Part shown: piece after piece, positions 42,398 to 53,691 of the stretch | Layout of the letters: every line of letters starts with the position of its first letter | Numbering within the stretch: the stretch's first letter is position 1 | Assembly: GCA_965223335.1 (NCBI GenBank) | Contig: OZ244991.1 | Coordinates: forward strand, 2,304,001-2,368,000 | Direction: 5' to 3' | Source: Thermodesulfobacteriota bacterium | Lineage (GTDB): Bacteria > Desulfobacterota_D > UBA1144 > Nemesobacterales > UBA2774 | Length of the DNA stretch: 64,000 nt | Notes under the pieces: generated by a model | The model's database searches: none | The model's input: the letters and a program-made list of their open reading frames with translations, nothing else | What the model was told of the DNA's origin: nothing | Program-made: the position numbers and the translations under genes

Positions 42398-42936
42398 TAG
42401 AGGTCGTTAGACCTCTGTCCCGACATTCAGCGATTCGCGTATATAAAATAACGCAATGGAGTCCTAAATTGCACACTGAGTGTGGCACATAACATGTACT
42501 TGAATATGATGTGTCTTTCGCCTTTCCCTATGGGATCATAGATCCCAATTCCGACGTTACGGCAATGGCGTATAGAAAATAAACTCGAGAGGCGTTAAAA
42601 ATGGATTTCGGGGGTACACTGAGTGTGCATTCAAATCTTTAGTCATTAGCCTTTTCAATATGGTGTCGCAGACACCACTCCCGACATCAGAGATATAGCG
42701 TTAAGAAAACAGGTTAGCGCGGAGTTAAAATTGATTTTCGGGGCTGTGGTTGGATCAAAATCAATAGCCCGCACTGACATGTTTTTAGCGTCTATCTCGT
42801 TAGTCGGCGATTTTTGCGCACTTTTCATCGCGGAAAAGTGCGAGAGAAAAGATATAAAAGTATCATCCTACTAACATAGTATCCTAAATGACTAAACCGT
42901 TGTTTTTCCCCTATGGGATCACAGATCCCAGTCCAG
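42398..42936 (+). repeat. Cluster of truncated units and one full unit (42660-42842)
   Basis: Four 5' hairpin starts. Confidence 0.8.
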
Positions 42937-42943
42937 ACAACAA

Positions 42944-43384
42944 TTACCTCAAAAACACATATGTATTCTCTTTAACCCCTAGCCCCATCTCCACTACAAG
43001 AAACAGAGCATTATTCCTACCCAACACCCTACATTTATGCCCCGTACCATTAGTATCCTCTATCATTATGGCGCTGCCGTTTTCAAACAGCCTCTTTTCT
43101 CCGCTGCCCGCTTTCACTTCCCATTGTCCCGACAACACGATTTTCAAACACTTACCATCAGGCAGGTGCCATTCACTTATCCAGCCCGCAGGCACCGACA
43201 AAAACCTACACCCCCCACTCTTCATAAGCGTCGAGCTGCTTACTTTTCTCGACAGGTCACAGCACCTCATAGGCTCAAGCTCTACATACACATCCTCAAA
43301 ATGACTCTTGCCATTCTCATCCGCATACAGCCTTGTGTATTTAGTTATCCCCAACGTATCCAAATCACACATCAAATCCGCCAT
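42944..43384 (-). CDS. Cupin-domain protein
   Basis: YTRLYADENGKSHFED, WH.P, EDTNGTGH. Confidence 0.75.
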   Translation of the reverse strand: MADLMCDLDTLGITKYTRLYADENGKSHFEDVYVELEPMRCCDLSRKVSSSTLMKSGGCRFLSVPAGWISEWHLPDGKCLKIVLSGQWEVKAGSGEKRLFENGSAIMIEDTNGTGHKCRVLGRNNALFLVVEMGLGVKENTYVFLR

Positions 43385-43821
43385 TTTTTCGACAGCAAAT
43401 CTCCTTTGCCTGTACGAAACATGTATATACACAAACCATAAAACATATGTGATAGGGTTTAGAATCTAGGAATTTGAATTAGTTAAGGACCCCTCTCCTC
43501 AACTACTCGAATCTACAGGCATATGCAATCTCTCCACGAGTACGATACATCACATATGTATAATCGAAGCTCAATAATAGCTTAATATTTTTTCAGTTAA
43601 TAAGTCAAGTACTACATATATTCCTACATTTTATCATTATGTAAGCGCCATAAATCATTAACATATTACACCTGTAATAAATACTTACATAAATGCTTAA
43701 TCGCCAATATATGAAAAACATGCAATTGGTGTATATTTATATACAAAGAATTGTTGCAACAAACATCCGCTAACTAGCTCTAATCAAATAATTTTCAGAC
43801 TACTTTCGGACACAGTCACGT

Positions 43822-44568
43822 ATGATTAATAAAAAAGAGCTCTACATACCCCTATTCGTAGCAGCCCTGCTCGTGCTAATCCCCCTATGGTTTCTCCTTA
43901 ACTACACGGGCCCGTTCTTGCATAACTACAAACTGTCTAATCGGGGCATAGAATCAACTGCAACCGTCATAAATAAAGGCGTTCTGAACGGTGACGAACT
44001 CCTAAAACCCCGTAGCACAATACCATCAGACCATCATTTTATATATGTATCGTACAATAGCGGCGGTCGTTATGATAAGAAATGCAAGCTCGGCGTATCC
44101 AAATCCACTTACGACGCACTTGAGAAGCATGACCAACTCCAAGTCGTCTACCTAAAGGAGTCTCCCGAGAACTGCACCCTCCCCTATAGCATCGACTTAA
44201 ACTTTAAACTAGGTTTAGTCCTGCTTGGAATCTCTGCTCTTTTTCTATTATTAGCCGCGGGATTTATCAACTACATATGGCGTTCTTTTAGAAAAACCTC
44301 ACCCGGCAGCGAAGTCAAACCCACATCCGACCTCGGCCTTGAAGGCAAAATCCCCTCCTGCCCCCGCTGCGGCAACCCCATGACCGAAGGCTACCTGCCG
44401 ACAGTTGGCGGCGTCACATGGCGCGACCGCACCGATCCCATCGGCATCCCCTCAATGTTCACCGGTCTCCCCGGCACCACGCACAAGATCAAACGCCCCG
44501 CCCTACACGCCTTTCACTGCAAACCCTGCCAGATCATCACCTTCGCCTACGGCGACAACAAAAACTAG
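43822..44568 (+). CDS. Membrane protein (DUF3592-like) with C-terminal zinc ribbon
   Basis: Two TM segments; CPRCGNPMTEGY...HCKPC. Confidence 0.7.
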   Translation: MINKKELYIPLFVAALLVLIPLWFLLNYTGPFLHNYKLSNRGIESTATVINKGVLNGDELLKPRSTIPSDHHFIYVSYNSGGRYDKKCKLGVSKSTYDALEKHDQLQVVYLKESPENCTLPYSIDLNFKLGLVLLGISALFLLLAAGFINYIWRSFRKTSPGSEVKPTSDLGLEGKIPSCPRCGNPMTEGYLPTVGGVTWRDRTDPIGIPSMFTGLPGTTHKIKRPALHAFHCKPCQIITFAYGDNKN

Positions 44569-44614
44569 CACCTTACATCTGCACGAATATTATTTGGTCT
44601 TTTGGTTTTCCACT

Positions 44615-45230
44615 ATGGGATCCCTAGATCCCAATCCGACATCCACATAAACGGCGTTAAGAAAATCGTTTGATGAAGCGTTAAGAGTGATATGGGGGAT
44701 GTGGTGGGATCATATTACTTAGCTGAAGCAAACTATTTTTAGCACGTTTATGTGCAGTCGGCGATTTTTGCGTACTTTTCATTGCGGTCCCCATCATATC
44801 AAGGGGTCTGTCCCGCTTTACCCGTGGACTGACCCCCTTTTTTGTAACCTTTCGTCTTTCGCCTTTCCCCTAATAGTGTGAAAGACACCAGTCCGACATT
44901 CAGCTATTAGCGTAAAGAAAATAGCGCAATGGAATCGTAAATTGGTTTTCGGGGCCGGGGCGGGATAAAAATCAATTAGATGGAGTTAGCTATTTTTAGC
45001 TAATCGCTGTCAGTCGGTGACTGTTGGCTACTTTTGGTCAAGCAAAAGTAGCAGTAGAAAATAATATAAGTATCTGTCTACGAAGATTACATCCGGAATT
45101 GCTAAACCGTAGTTTTTCCCCCTATGAGACCGTAGATCCCAGTCCGACATCAGAGATATAAAAAAGGGGTCTGTCCCGCCTTACCCGTGGACTCACCCCG
45201 TTGTATGGGAAAAGGGGCCTGTCCCCGCAA
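44615..45230 (+). repeat. Two structured units (44615-44787, 44874-45052), a fragment and REP-like hairpins
   Basis: First unit has a distinct stem cacataaacg/cgtttatgtg. Confidence 0.85.
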
Positions 45231-45573
45231 CTGGCTAATGTTGATCAAGCACAAGCAGCAAATTAAACTGGTATTAATTATCGGCCTGGCAATATGGAAG
45301 CCCTAGAGCAAATAAACTCCCGCTACTACCTTATAAAAGAGGCGCCCAAGCCCCGCGCACGACATGTGACAGAACATGTTTGTATTTTGCCTATCCCATT
45401 TGGTGTCGCAGATACTATCCCCGCCACATACGAATATTGCGTAATAGTTACCATTATATATTAATAGATATCAGCCTATTAGCTTGACTCCGAGCACCAT
45501 CACCCACATACTTATATAGACTATTTTATATATACAGATAATACAACGTCCGATACATACAGGGAGAAAGGAG

Positions 45574-48500
45574 ATGAACAACCATATTAATGGCCGGTCA
45601 ATACTAAGACCTTTTTTTATCTTTAGTCTAGCATTCGCAAGCATTTTACTTTTACTCGCCACACCCCAACTCGCAAACGCCCAGTGCACTGTTACCCAGC
45701 TCACTTTTACCACTGCAGGCGAGAACAAAGAACCCGACATCAATGCAAACGCCACAAACATTGCTTTTCAGTCCACATCCGATCTCACGGGCGGCAATCC
45801 CGACGGCAACTCCGAGATATTCCTCTGGACCCAGGGCAACGTCCCCCCTATCACTCAGATAACCAACACCACAGTAGGCCAGAGCACCATCTCCTCTGTT
45901 AACATCGACGCCACTATCGTTGCCTTTCAATCCACTGCCGACTTCACCGGTGCCAATCCCGACGGCAACTCCGAGATATTTCTCTGGACCCAGGGCAACG
46001 TCCCCCCTATCACTCAGATAACCAACACCTCCGGAGCCGGTGTTTTCAATTCATTCCCCACACTCAGCTCCGCCGGCAACAGGATCGCCTTTGAATCCAA
46101 TGCCGATTTCACCGGCCAAAACCCCGACGGCAACAACGAGATATTCCTATGGGACTCTACTACCGGGATCTCCCAGATCACCAACACCTCAGGCCCGGGC
46201 GTTGTAAATCTAGCCCCTACAATTGACGCTGACGGTACCGTAATAGCCTTTGAATCCAATGCAGATATACTCGGCACAAATCCCGATGGCAATTTCGAGA
46301 TCTATCGTTGGACAGAGGGTGCATTACCGCCATTCCTTCAAATCACAAACTCCACATTTGGAGACAACTTAGACCCCTCTACAAACTCAGACGGTTCACG
46401 CATCGCTTGGGAATCCACAGCTGATCTCACGGGTGAAAACCCCGACGGCAACAACGAGATCTTCCATTGGTCCGAGGGCGTAATACCGCCAATCTTACAG
46501 ATCACTAGTGACGACAATGTTAACAGCTTTTTGCCCTCTCTTAATGCAGACGGTGCTCGTATGGCATTTTACTCTGACGCCCACATCTCTGTTACTTCTG
46601 ATTCCAACTTCGAAATCTTTCGATGGGACATATTAACCGGTCTTATCAAAATCACACGAGACAAAAAGAAACAGGGCAACAGCATTCTCCCCTCCATAGA
46701 CGCTAGCGGCAATAATATAGCTTTTCAGTCCGACTCCGATGTCACCGGTGTCAACCCCGACCTCAACAACGAGATCTTCATCACTCGCTGTACAGGCGAC
46801 GTCGGAGCACAGGTAGACCTATCTATCACCAAAACCCATGTCCCCGAATTCCCCGAAGTCGGTGTTCCCTTCGACTACAGCATATTTATCACCAATTTCG
46901 GTTTAACCACCGCCACCGGCGTAGTATTTAGAGATACTCTTCCCGAAGGTTTCGTATTTAACTCCGCGACCACAGCCGATGCCCCCTCGCCTTGCACAAA
47001 TGACCACGAACTTGTCACATGCGGTATGTACAATCTCCCGGTCGGCGAACTCCAATCAATCACCATTAACGTCACACCCACTTTAACGGGTACCGATGCC
47101 AACCTCGTAAACGTCCAGTCTATCGAGTCCGACTTAAACACGTCTAACAACTTTGACACAGACGTCACAACCGTAGTCGATTCCATAGAACCCCCACCTG
47201 TGATCTCAGCCGATCTAACCATTACCAAAACAGCCTCTTCCGAACCCGTCATTTTGGGTGACGATGTCGTCTACACACTCATCGTATCCAACTTCGGGCC
47301 AGACGATGCCACCAACGCCATAGTCGACGATGTGCTACCTGCCAGTTTCTCTCTCGTATCCGTAAGCTCGAGCCAGGGCGGTTGCACCGCGTTACCCTGC
47401 AATCTAGGCACACTTACCGCTGGGCAAATCGAATTCGTAACACTCACTGCTACCCCTTCCGAACTCGGCATATTCATTAACACCGCCCAAGTCTCTGCCG
47501 ACCAACAAGACCCCAATGGCACCAATAACGTTGGCGCAACCGTCACTACGGTTGAAGAAACGCCTATCATTGGACCACCCCAGGCAGAACTCTACGTGGT
47601 CCAGAGCGACTTCCCCGACCCCGTACAAGTGAATGACACCCTTACATACACAGTGTTTATCTCCAACATCGGCCCCGCCAACGCAGACAATGTAGTGCTT
47701 AAAGACACTATTGCGTCCACAGCCGCTTTTGTATCGGCCACTGCCGATTCCGGCGCCCCGTGCAGCCATGTAAACAGCCTTATCACTTGTAATATCACTC
47801 AGATCCCTAGCGGCGATACCGAACGCGTAGTCATTAAAGTCACTCCGACGGTAACAGGTACTATTGCCAACAAGGCCGAGGTCTCTGCCGACGAAAACGA
47901 CCCCCAAGCGTTTAGCAATGTATCCATCGAAACCACTACGGTTATCGACACCGCGCCCCCAGTCATCATAACGGGTGCCGACATTGCGATAACCAAGAGC
48001 GACTCCCCCGACCCTGTTGTCGTAGACAACGAACTCACATATATATTAGTAGCCACCAATAACGGCCCCGAACAGGCCACAGGTGTTGTAGTTACCGACA
48101 CTCTACTCGACAACACTACATTCGTATCCGCAACCTCAGACCAAACCACATGCACTCACGACACTGGTGTTGTCACATGCAACCTTGGGGTTCTTACACC
48201 TGGCGACATCTCCCAAACGGTTATAGTCGTAAAACCAACTGTCACCGGAGCTATCACAAACATAGCTAGAATCGTCGGCAACGAAGACGACCCCGAGACC
48301 TCCAACAACCTCGTCTCCCAGGTCACTACCGTTAGCCCCAAATCCATAGTACCACCTCCCGGAGGCGGTGGAGGTGGGGGTGAAACTCCGCCCAGCACCG
48401 ATCTTTTTGTTATCAAATCCGGCTCACCCGATCCCACCATAGCAGGCGAGACGCTAACTTACTCCGTGCTTATAGGTAACAACGGTCCCCAGCAGGCCAC

Positions 48501-48951
48501 CAATGTTACAATGACCGACACACTACCACCCGGAGTAGATTTTGTATCGGTAAAAACCAGCCGCGGCAGCTGCAGCGAGTCCGGTGGTACTGTGATCTGC
48601 GAGATTGGCAATATAAACACTGTAAGCCAAGAATCACTTCTCACCTCGGTTGATATAACCGTCAGGCCACAAGCAAACGGTGCCATAGCAAACTATGCAC
48701 AGATAAGCGGAGGGCAAGTCGATCCCAACACCTCTAACAATATATCGCTTATTACTACCAATGTAGTCGGCGGCGGCGATCCCCGTCCCGGACCTCCCGG
48801 TGGTGGAGGCGGTGGCGGAAGCGGCGGCGGCAGTAAATCCTGCTCACTTGCAAGTGCACCTGTACCCCTGCCCCAAACAGCAGCCAACCTTGCACTGCTT
48901 CTAATACCGGTCTTGTTTATCGTCATCAGAGCCAGAAGATATAGAAAATAA
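45574..48951 (+). CDS. Large surface protein: TolB-like propeller repeats, DUF11 repeats, C-terminal anchor
   Basis: IAF.S.AD.TG.NPDGN.EIFLW repeats; DL.ITK..NNGP repeats; Gly linker, SCSLA, TM, basic tail. Confidence 0.85.
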   Translation: MNNHINGRSILRPFFIFSLAFASILLLLATPQLANAQCTVTQLTFTTAGENKEPDINANATNIAFQSTSDLTGGNPDGNSEIFLWTQGNVPPITQITNTTVGQSTISSVNIDATIVAFQSTADFTGANPDGNSEIFLWTQGNVPPITQITNTSGAGVFNSFPTLSSAGNRIAFESNADFTGQNPDGNNEIFLWDSTTGISQITNTSGPGVVNLAPTIDADGTVIAFESNADILGTNPDGNFEIYRWTEGALPPFLQITNSTFGDNLDPSTNSDGSRIAWESTADLTGENPDGNNEIFHWSEGVIPPILQITSDDNVNSFLPSLNADGARMAFYSDAHISVTSDSNFEIFRWDILTGLIKITRDKKKQGNSILPSIDASGNNIAFQSDSDVTGVNPDLNNEIFITRCTGDVGAQVDLSITKTHVPEFPEVGVPFDYSIFITNFGLTTATGVVFRDTLPEGFVFNSATTADAPSPCTNDHELVTCGMYNLPVGELQSITINVTPTLTGTDANLVNVQSIESDLNTSNNFDTDVTTVVDSIEPPPVISADLTITKTASSEPVILGDDVVYTLIVSNFGPDDATNAIVDDVLPASFSLVSVSSSQGGCTALPCNLGTLTAGQIEFVTLTATPSELGIFINTAQVSADQQDPNGTNNVGATVTTVEETPIIGPPQAELYVVQSDFPDPVQVNDTLTYTVFISNIGPANADNVVLKDTIASTAAFVSATADSGAPCSHVNSLITCNITQIPSGDTERVVIKVTPTVTGTIANKAEVSADENDPQAFSNVSIETTTVIDTAPPVIITGADIAITKSDSPDPVVVDNELTYILVATNNGPEQATGVVVTDTLLDNTTFVSATSDQTTCTHDTGVVTCNLGVLTPGDISQTVIVVKPTVTGAITNIARIVGNEDDPETSNNLVSQVTTVSPKSIVPPPGGGGGGGETPPSTDLFVIKSGSPDPTIAGETLTYSVLIGNNGPQQATNVTMTDTLPPGVDFVSVKTSRGSCSESGGTVICEIGNINTVSQESLLTSVDITVRPQANGAIANYAQISGGQVDPNTSNNISLITTNVVGGGDPRPGPPGGGGGGGSGGGSKSCSLASAPVPLPQTAANLALLLIPVLFIVIRARRYRK

Positions 48952-48963
48952 CACTCAATTCTC

Positions 48964-49925
48964 AAGGGGTTTGTCCCGATTTATCATGTGGACTGACCCC
49001 GTTGTATGGGAAAAGGGGTCTGTCCCTCAGTATCCGTGGACTGACCCCGACAAATAGGACAAATAGGGACGCACCCCTATTATAAGAAATATCCCCTTTT
49101 TCTTTCGCCGTTTTCCGACATGATGTCGCAGACCTCAGTCCCGACTTTACAGGCACATTACATGTGCACGAATATATTGTATCTTTCGCAGTTTCCCCTA
49201 TGGGATCTATGATCCCAATCCGACATTACGGCAATGGCGTATAGAAAATAAGCTCGAGAGGCGTTAAGAATGGATTTCGGGGCCGGGGTGGGATTAAATA
49301 CATTTAGCCTCAAGAGATTATTTTTAGCCATTTCCGTACAGTCGGTGATTTTTGCATACTTTTGATCAAGCAAAAGTATGAAGAAAAGATATTAAAAGTA
49401 TCAGTCTACTAAGATTATATCCGGAATAACCAAACCGTAGATTATCCCCTATGGGATCATAGATCCCAGTCCCGACATTAAGCGATTCGCGTGAAAATAA
49501 TTTGTGAGTACGGTGTTAAGAATGTATTTCGGGGATGTGGTTGGATAAATACATTTAACCGGACGATCAAATTATTAGCTAATCGCTGTCAGTCGGTGAT
49601 TTTTGCGCACTTTTCATCGTGGAAAAGTGCGATAGAAAAGATATAAAAAGTATCGTTCTACTATAAATAAATCCGGAATAGCTAAACCGTAGTTTTTTCA
49701 AAATGGTGTCGCAGACACCACCACGTCCCCATCTTATCCCTGCCTGCCGCTCATACACTACATTCGCTGGCGGTCCCTATCTTATCCCTGCCTGCCGCTC
49801 ATACACTACATTCGCTTGCGGTCCCTATCTTATCCCTGCCTGCCGCTCATACACTACATTCGCTTGCGGTCCCCATGTCTGGCTCAAGGGGTCTGTCCCT
49901 CTTTACTCGTGGACTGACCCCGCAC
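48964..49925 (+). repeat. Mosaic array: REP-like pair, two units (49200-49380, 49451-49631), 3 x 48-bp tandem
   Basis: Units start 251 bp apart. Confidence 0.85.
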
Positions 49926-49951
49926 TCACATGATTTGTTATGCCTGGGTCG

Positions 49952-50401
49952 CTAGACCCTGTCCCTTATCCCCTCCAGAGCCTCCAAATACAGCTCCGTA
50001 AAACTCTTCCACACCTCGTCGGTTATAAGTTCCTCGGCCCTCGTACGCACAATTTCCCGCTCCGAATCCTCTATCACCCCAAATTCCCGCTCATATAGGT
50101 AGACCGAGGCAAAACACGCTATCCTCTCTGGGCAGTTCTTAAAAATATCCAGCAGCATCCCCGTCGCACCCCCGTCCTCACAGTGGCCCATCACATACAC
50201 ACAGGCCTCCTGCCATAGGTACGGGCGGTCCAAAAACACCTTGCGCAGAGAAAACCACTCCAGTTCCGAGAGTCCATCGGCGATCTCTAGTCCCTCGCGA
50301 TACTCCCCGTCGTACCAGTCAAGCGCCGGGTGCGAGTTCCCGTTATATGTCGCGGCCTTAAGGTGCATATCCAACATCTCTATTCCCGATCTTTGGTCCA
50401 T
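49952..50401 (-). CDS. Hypothetical helical (HEAT-like) protein
   Basis: 149 aa ORF; stop codon lies inside a repeat hairpin. Confidence 0.55.
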   Translation of the reverse strand: MDQRSGIEMLDMHLKAATYNGNSHPALDWYDGEYREGLEIADGLSELEWFSLRKVFLDRPYLWQEACVYVMGHCEDGGATGMLLDIFKNCPERIACFASVYLYEREFGVIEDSEREIVRTRAEELITDEVWKSFTELYLEALEGIRDRV

Positions 50402-50461
50402 TTCGTCTTAATTATGCAGTATAATGCGTCCGATTTATAGGTCTTATTTAACGGATGGAGT

Positions 50462-51316
50462 CTAATCTACACGGCTTATATCTATGTTGTAATCGAGCGT
50501 GGCTCCCACATTGTTCCTTCTATACGATCCTGTCACGGGCGAGCCTTTCTCTGCCACGGGGCCACTGGCCACCGCAATGTGTGTGTCCGTTACCGCAAGC
50601 CCCAGCGTTGGATCATAACCGCGCCATCCCCCTCCCGGCAGATATACCTCGGCCCAGGCATGGAGGTTGTGCTCCTGCTCCGCACCATACCCCCACACAT
50701 AGCCGCTCACGAACCGTGCCGCGATCCCCACCCGCCTACACGCCTCTATGTATAGCATTGCAAAATCCCTACACGCCCCGGTTTTGCACGCGAGTGTTTC
50801 TTCGGGACCTAGTGGCATCCCGTCCTTGCGTTCCTTGTGCTCCAGATTCTCCTTTATATAACGCACGAGCACGGTTAAGTAATTCAGTATCAACCCGTCC
50901 GATTTCTTTTTCACTTCGTTTAAAAACTCCTGCATCAGCTCACCGGGATTATTTTCCCCACTACCCATGTATGGAGCCAAGATCCCCTCCAGCTCCCCCG
51001 GGTATACCATCGGCACCTTATGTCCCCCGCGGTCAGCCAAAATAAAATCAAACGGGTCCTCTTGAAGCGTCTCCACCTCAGAGCGGCTCTCTATTCTCAG
51101 CTCATCGTGAAGCCCCTCGAACCATAGCCACGCAGTATCGTTCCCCTCGGCATCCACACCCCACGACATCAACGACGGTTGTGGGTCAATGTCGATCTCA
51201 AAGCCCCAAAGCCTCTGTGTAGAGTCGCTTCGGGGCTTAAGCCTCAGCATATGCGGTTCTAAAAACACACTGTCCGTATAACTATAAATTGTCTCGTGTT
51301 TAACGCTCAGTCGCAA
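50462..51316 (-). CDS. Transglutaminase-family protein
   Basis: GACRDFA, ARFVSGY, LHAWAEVYLPG..GYDPT. Confidence 0.9.
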   Translation of the reverse strand: MRLSVKHETIYSYTDSVFLEPHMLRLKPRSDSTQRLWGFEIDIDPQPSLMSWGVDAEGNDTAWLWFEGLHDELRIESRSEVETLQEDPFDFILADRGGHKVPMVYPGELEGILAPYMGSGENNPGELMQEFLNEVKKKSDGLILNYLTVLVRYIKENLEHKERKDGMPLGPEETLACKTGACRDFAMLYIEACRRVGIAARFVSGYVWGYGAEQEHNLHAWAEVYLPGGGWRGYDPTLGLAVTDTHIAVASGPVAEKGSPVTGSYRRNNVGATLDYNIDISRVD

Positions 51317-51327
51317 TCCGCTACCAC

Positions 51328-52053
51328 CTATTTAAGTTTATTGAAGACCGCTTCCATCCACTGCTCGGGCAGCTCGCCGATTGCTTTTTTGATCGTATCC
51401 TGCCACCAGTCCGATATCCCCACCACACTCTTCATATCGTATCTGTGCTCCACAATCTGATACGTCCCCTCGCGGTAAAGCACCACGTCGATGGGAAAAT
51501 CCACGTCAATCGCACTCGTTCGCGTTGCATCGAACGCCAAGTACCCTATCTTAAGTGCCTTTTTCATCCCTACCTCATAGTTTAGCGCACGGTCGAGTAT
51601 GGGCTTACCGTATGAAGATTCCCCTATCAGGTAATACGGCGTGCCCTGCCCCACCTCTACCCAGTTCCCCTGCGGATAGATCAAGTAGAGCTTATGCTCC
51701 TTATCGTTCTCCAACTGCCCCCCGATAATGGAATAGAGATTAAACCTAAACCCCGCCTCCTCAAGCGGCTCCTTGTCCTCGTCGCCCACGCGCCTTACCT
51801 GCTCCGCAAATGCGTTTACGGCCTTGTATAATTTATCGAATTTTTGCGTATCCTCTTCGAGCACCTCGCCGAAATAGGTAAGTGCCTTATCCCTAACCGA
51901 TCTAAGCCCCGAGGTCATTAGAAACAGCGAATGCTTCCCGTACTGGTGCACTGTAACCTTCCTCGCTGTAATACACTCTGTACCCGTAGTCACCAGCGTG
52001 TCCGCAATCCCTACAAGCCCCTCCTCCACCTTCATTCCTATGCAAAACGTCAC
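51328..52053 (-). CDS. Proteasome-type NTN peptidase (Anbu)
   Basis: N-terminal Thr (MTFCIG); YLIYPQGN; IGESSYGKPILDR. Confidence 0.9.
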   Translation of the reverse strand: MTFCIGMKVEEGLVGIADTLVTTGTECITARKVTVHQYGKHSLFLMTSGLRSVRDKALTYFGEVLEEDTQKFDKLYKAVNAFAEQVRRVGDEDKEPLEEAGFRFNLYSIIGGQLENDKEHKLYLIYPQGNWVEVGQGTPYYLIGESSYGKPILDRALNYEVGMKKALKIGYLAFDATRTSAIDVDFPIDVVLYREGTYQIVEHRYDMKSVVGISDWWQDTIKKAIGELPEQWMEAVFNKLK

Positions 52054-53030
52054 TCAACACCTCCGGGTATCTGCTTGCCGTCTTTGGGCCGTACCACAAA
52101 AAACACATCCGCTATCAGTTCCCCGACCTCGTTCAGTTTGGTCTGCAGGTCGTCCAAATACTCATGCAATCCATTCAATATTATTTCCTCTATGCTTGCG
52201 TAATTCAGATCCGAGCGCAGCTTGCCCAGCGCCCTTTCAGCCTCGTTCCCAAACCCTCCCGGCGGTGTGTCGGTAATGGCGTGGAGCGATTCTTCTGCCC
52301 TTATTATACAGTAGTGTATAGCTCTCGGAAAATCCCGGTTGAGCATCAAAAACTCGGCCACACTGTCGGGCTCTATGCGCCTGTATTTCTTGCGATACAT
52401 ATCGAGTGCACTGGCCGAATTCAGCAGTGCAGCCCACTGAATATTATCTATCGGTGTTCCCACGTCCTCTGGGCTCGGCAGCAGTATGTAGTATTTCACG
52501 TCTATTATTCGCGAGGTCTTATCCGCCCTCTCTAGCATCCTACCCAGCCGCCCAAAGTGCCAGTCCTCGCCCCTGTACATAGTCGAGTCCGTAATACCCG
52601 AGAACAAGTGGCTCTCCATCTTGACACGTGTGAAAAAATCCTGCGGGTCATCCAGCACCCCCGGGTCCTCCGCCGCATCCACGACCATAAAATAGAATTT
52701 ATTTATCTGCTCCCACATCTCGGACGATATTATCTCTCTGATCGACCTTGCATTCTCCCTCACATGTGTGAGCGTAGAAATAATCGAGTTCGGGTTCTCC
52801 TTATCGAACGCCAGGAACTGCAGCACGTTATCCTTGGTAGCCTCGCCGTAGCGCTCCCCAAACATCTCATCGTCCCCTGTGGTTATGACGAGCGGCTCCC
52901 ACTGGCTCGCGACCTCTAACGGCAGGTCTAGCATCAGGTTTATGTTCACGTCCATAAAACGCGCCACATTCTCGGCCCGCTCAATGTACCGACTCATCCA
53001 ATAAATCGCATTAGCTACTCTACTCAACAT
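52050..53030 (-). CDS. Alpha-E domain protein (DUF403)
   Basis: MLSRVANAIYWMSRYIERAEN; LGRMLERAD. Confidence 0.9.
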   Translation of the reverse strand: MLSRVANAIYWMSRYIERAENVARFMDVNINLMLDLPLEVASQWEPLVITTGDDEMFGERYGEATKDNVLQFLAFDKENPNSIISTLTHVRENARSIREIISSEMWEQINKFYFMVVDAAEDPGVLDDPQDFFTRVKMESHLFSGITDSTMYRGEDWHFGRLGRMLERADKTSRIIDVKYYILLPSPEDVGTPIDNIQWAALLNSASALDMYRKKYRRIEPDSVAEFLMLNRDFPRAIHYCIIRAEESLHAITDTPPGGFGNEAERALGKLRSDLNYASIEEIILNGLHEYLDDLQTKLNEVGELIADVFFVVRPKDGKQIPGGVE

Positions 53031-53099
53031 GTGTATTGATACCCTTCTTAAATCAATCCTATTCAGTTATCTGTTTTTATGCAGTTTTCAGTTTCCATT

Positions 53100-53634
53100 A
53101 AGGGATCCCTAGATCCCATTCCCGACATTACGGCAATGGCGTATAGAAAATAAGCTTTTGAGGCGTAAAAAATGTATTTCGGGGCTGTGGGTTGGATAAA
53201 TACATTTAGCATCGAGAGATTATTTTTAGCCATTTCCGTACAGTCGGTGATTTTTGTGCACTTTTCATCAAGGAAAAGTGCGAAGTAGACAGAGAACAAG
53301 CATCGGTCTACCTATATATGATCTCGATATCAAATTAAGTCCCGGTCCTCCATTATTACGGGGTCCGTGACCCCTGACTTTTGGCTACTTTTGGTCAAGC
53401 ATAAGTAGCATATTGAATATGCTTTCATATCTTTTAGTTCGTTGCCTTTCCAAAATGGGATCGCAAATCCCAGTCCGACATTCAGTGATTCGCGTATAGA
53501 AAATAGCGCAACGTAGTCGTAAATTGGTTTTCGGGGATGTGGCGGGATAAAAACCAATTAGACGGAGTTAGCTGTTTTTAGCTAATCGCTGTCAGTCGGT
53601 GACTTTTGCATACTTTTGGTCAAGCAAAAGTATG
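53100..53634 (+). repeat. Two structured units inside the Anbu operon (53100-53282, 53455-53634)
   Basis: Same consensus as other units. Confidence 0.85.
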
Positions 53635-53691
53635 AATAAAAAATGGTTTTATATCCTTTCTCCTTAAAATATTTTTACTCAACGTGAGTTA

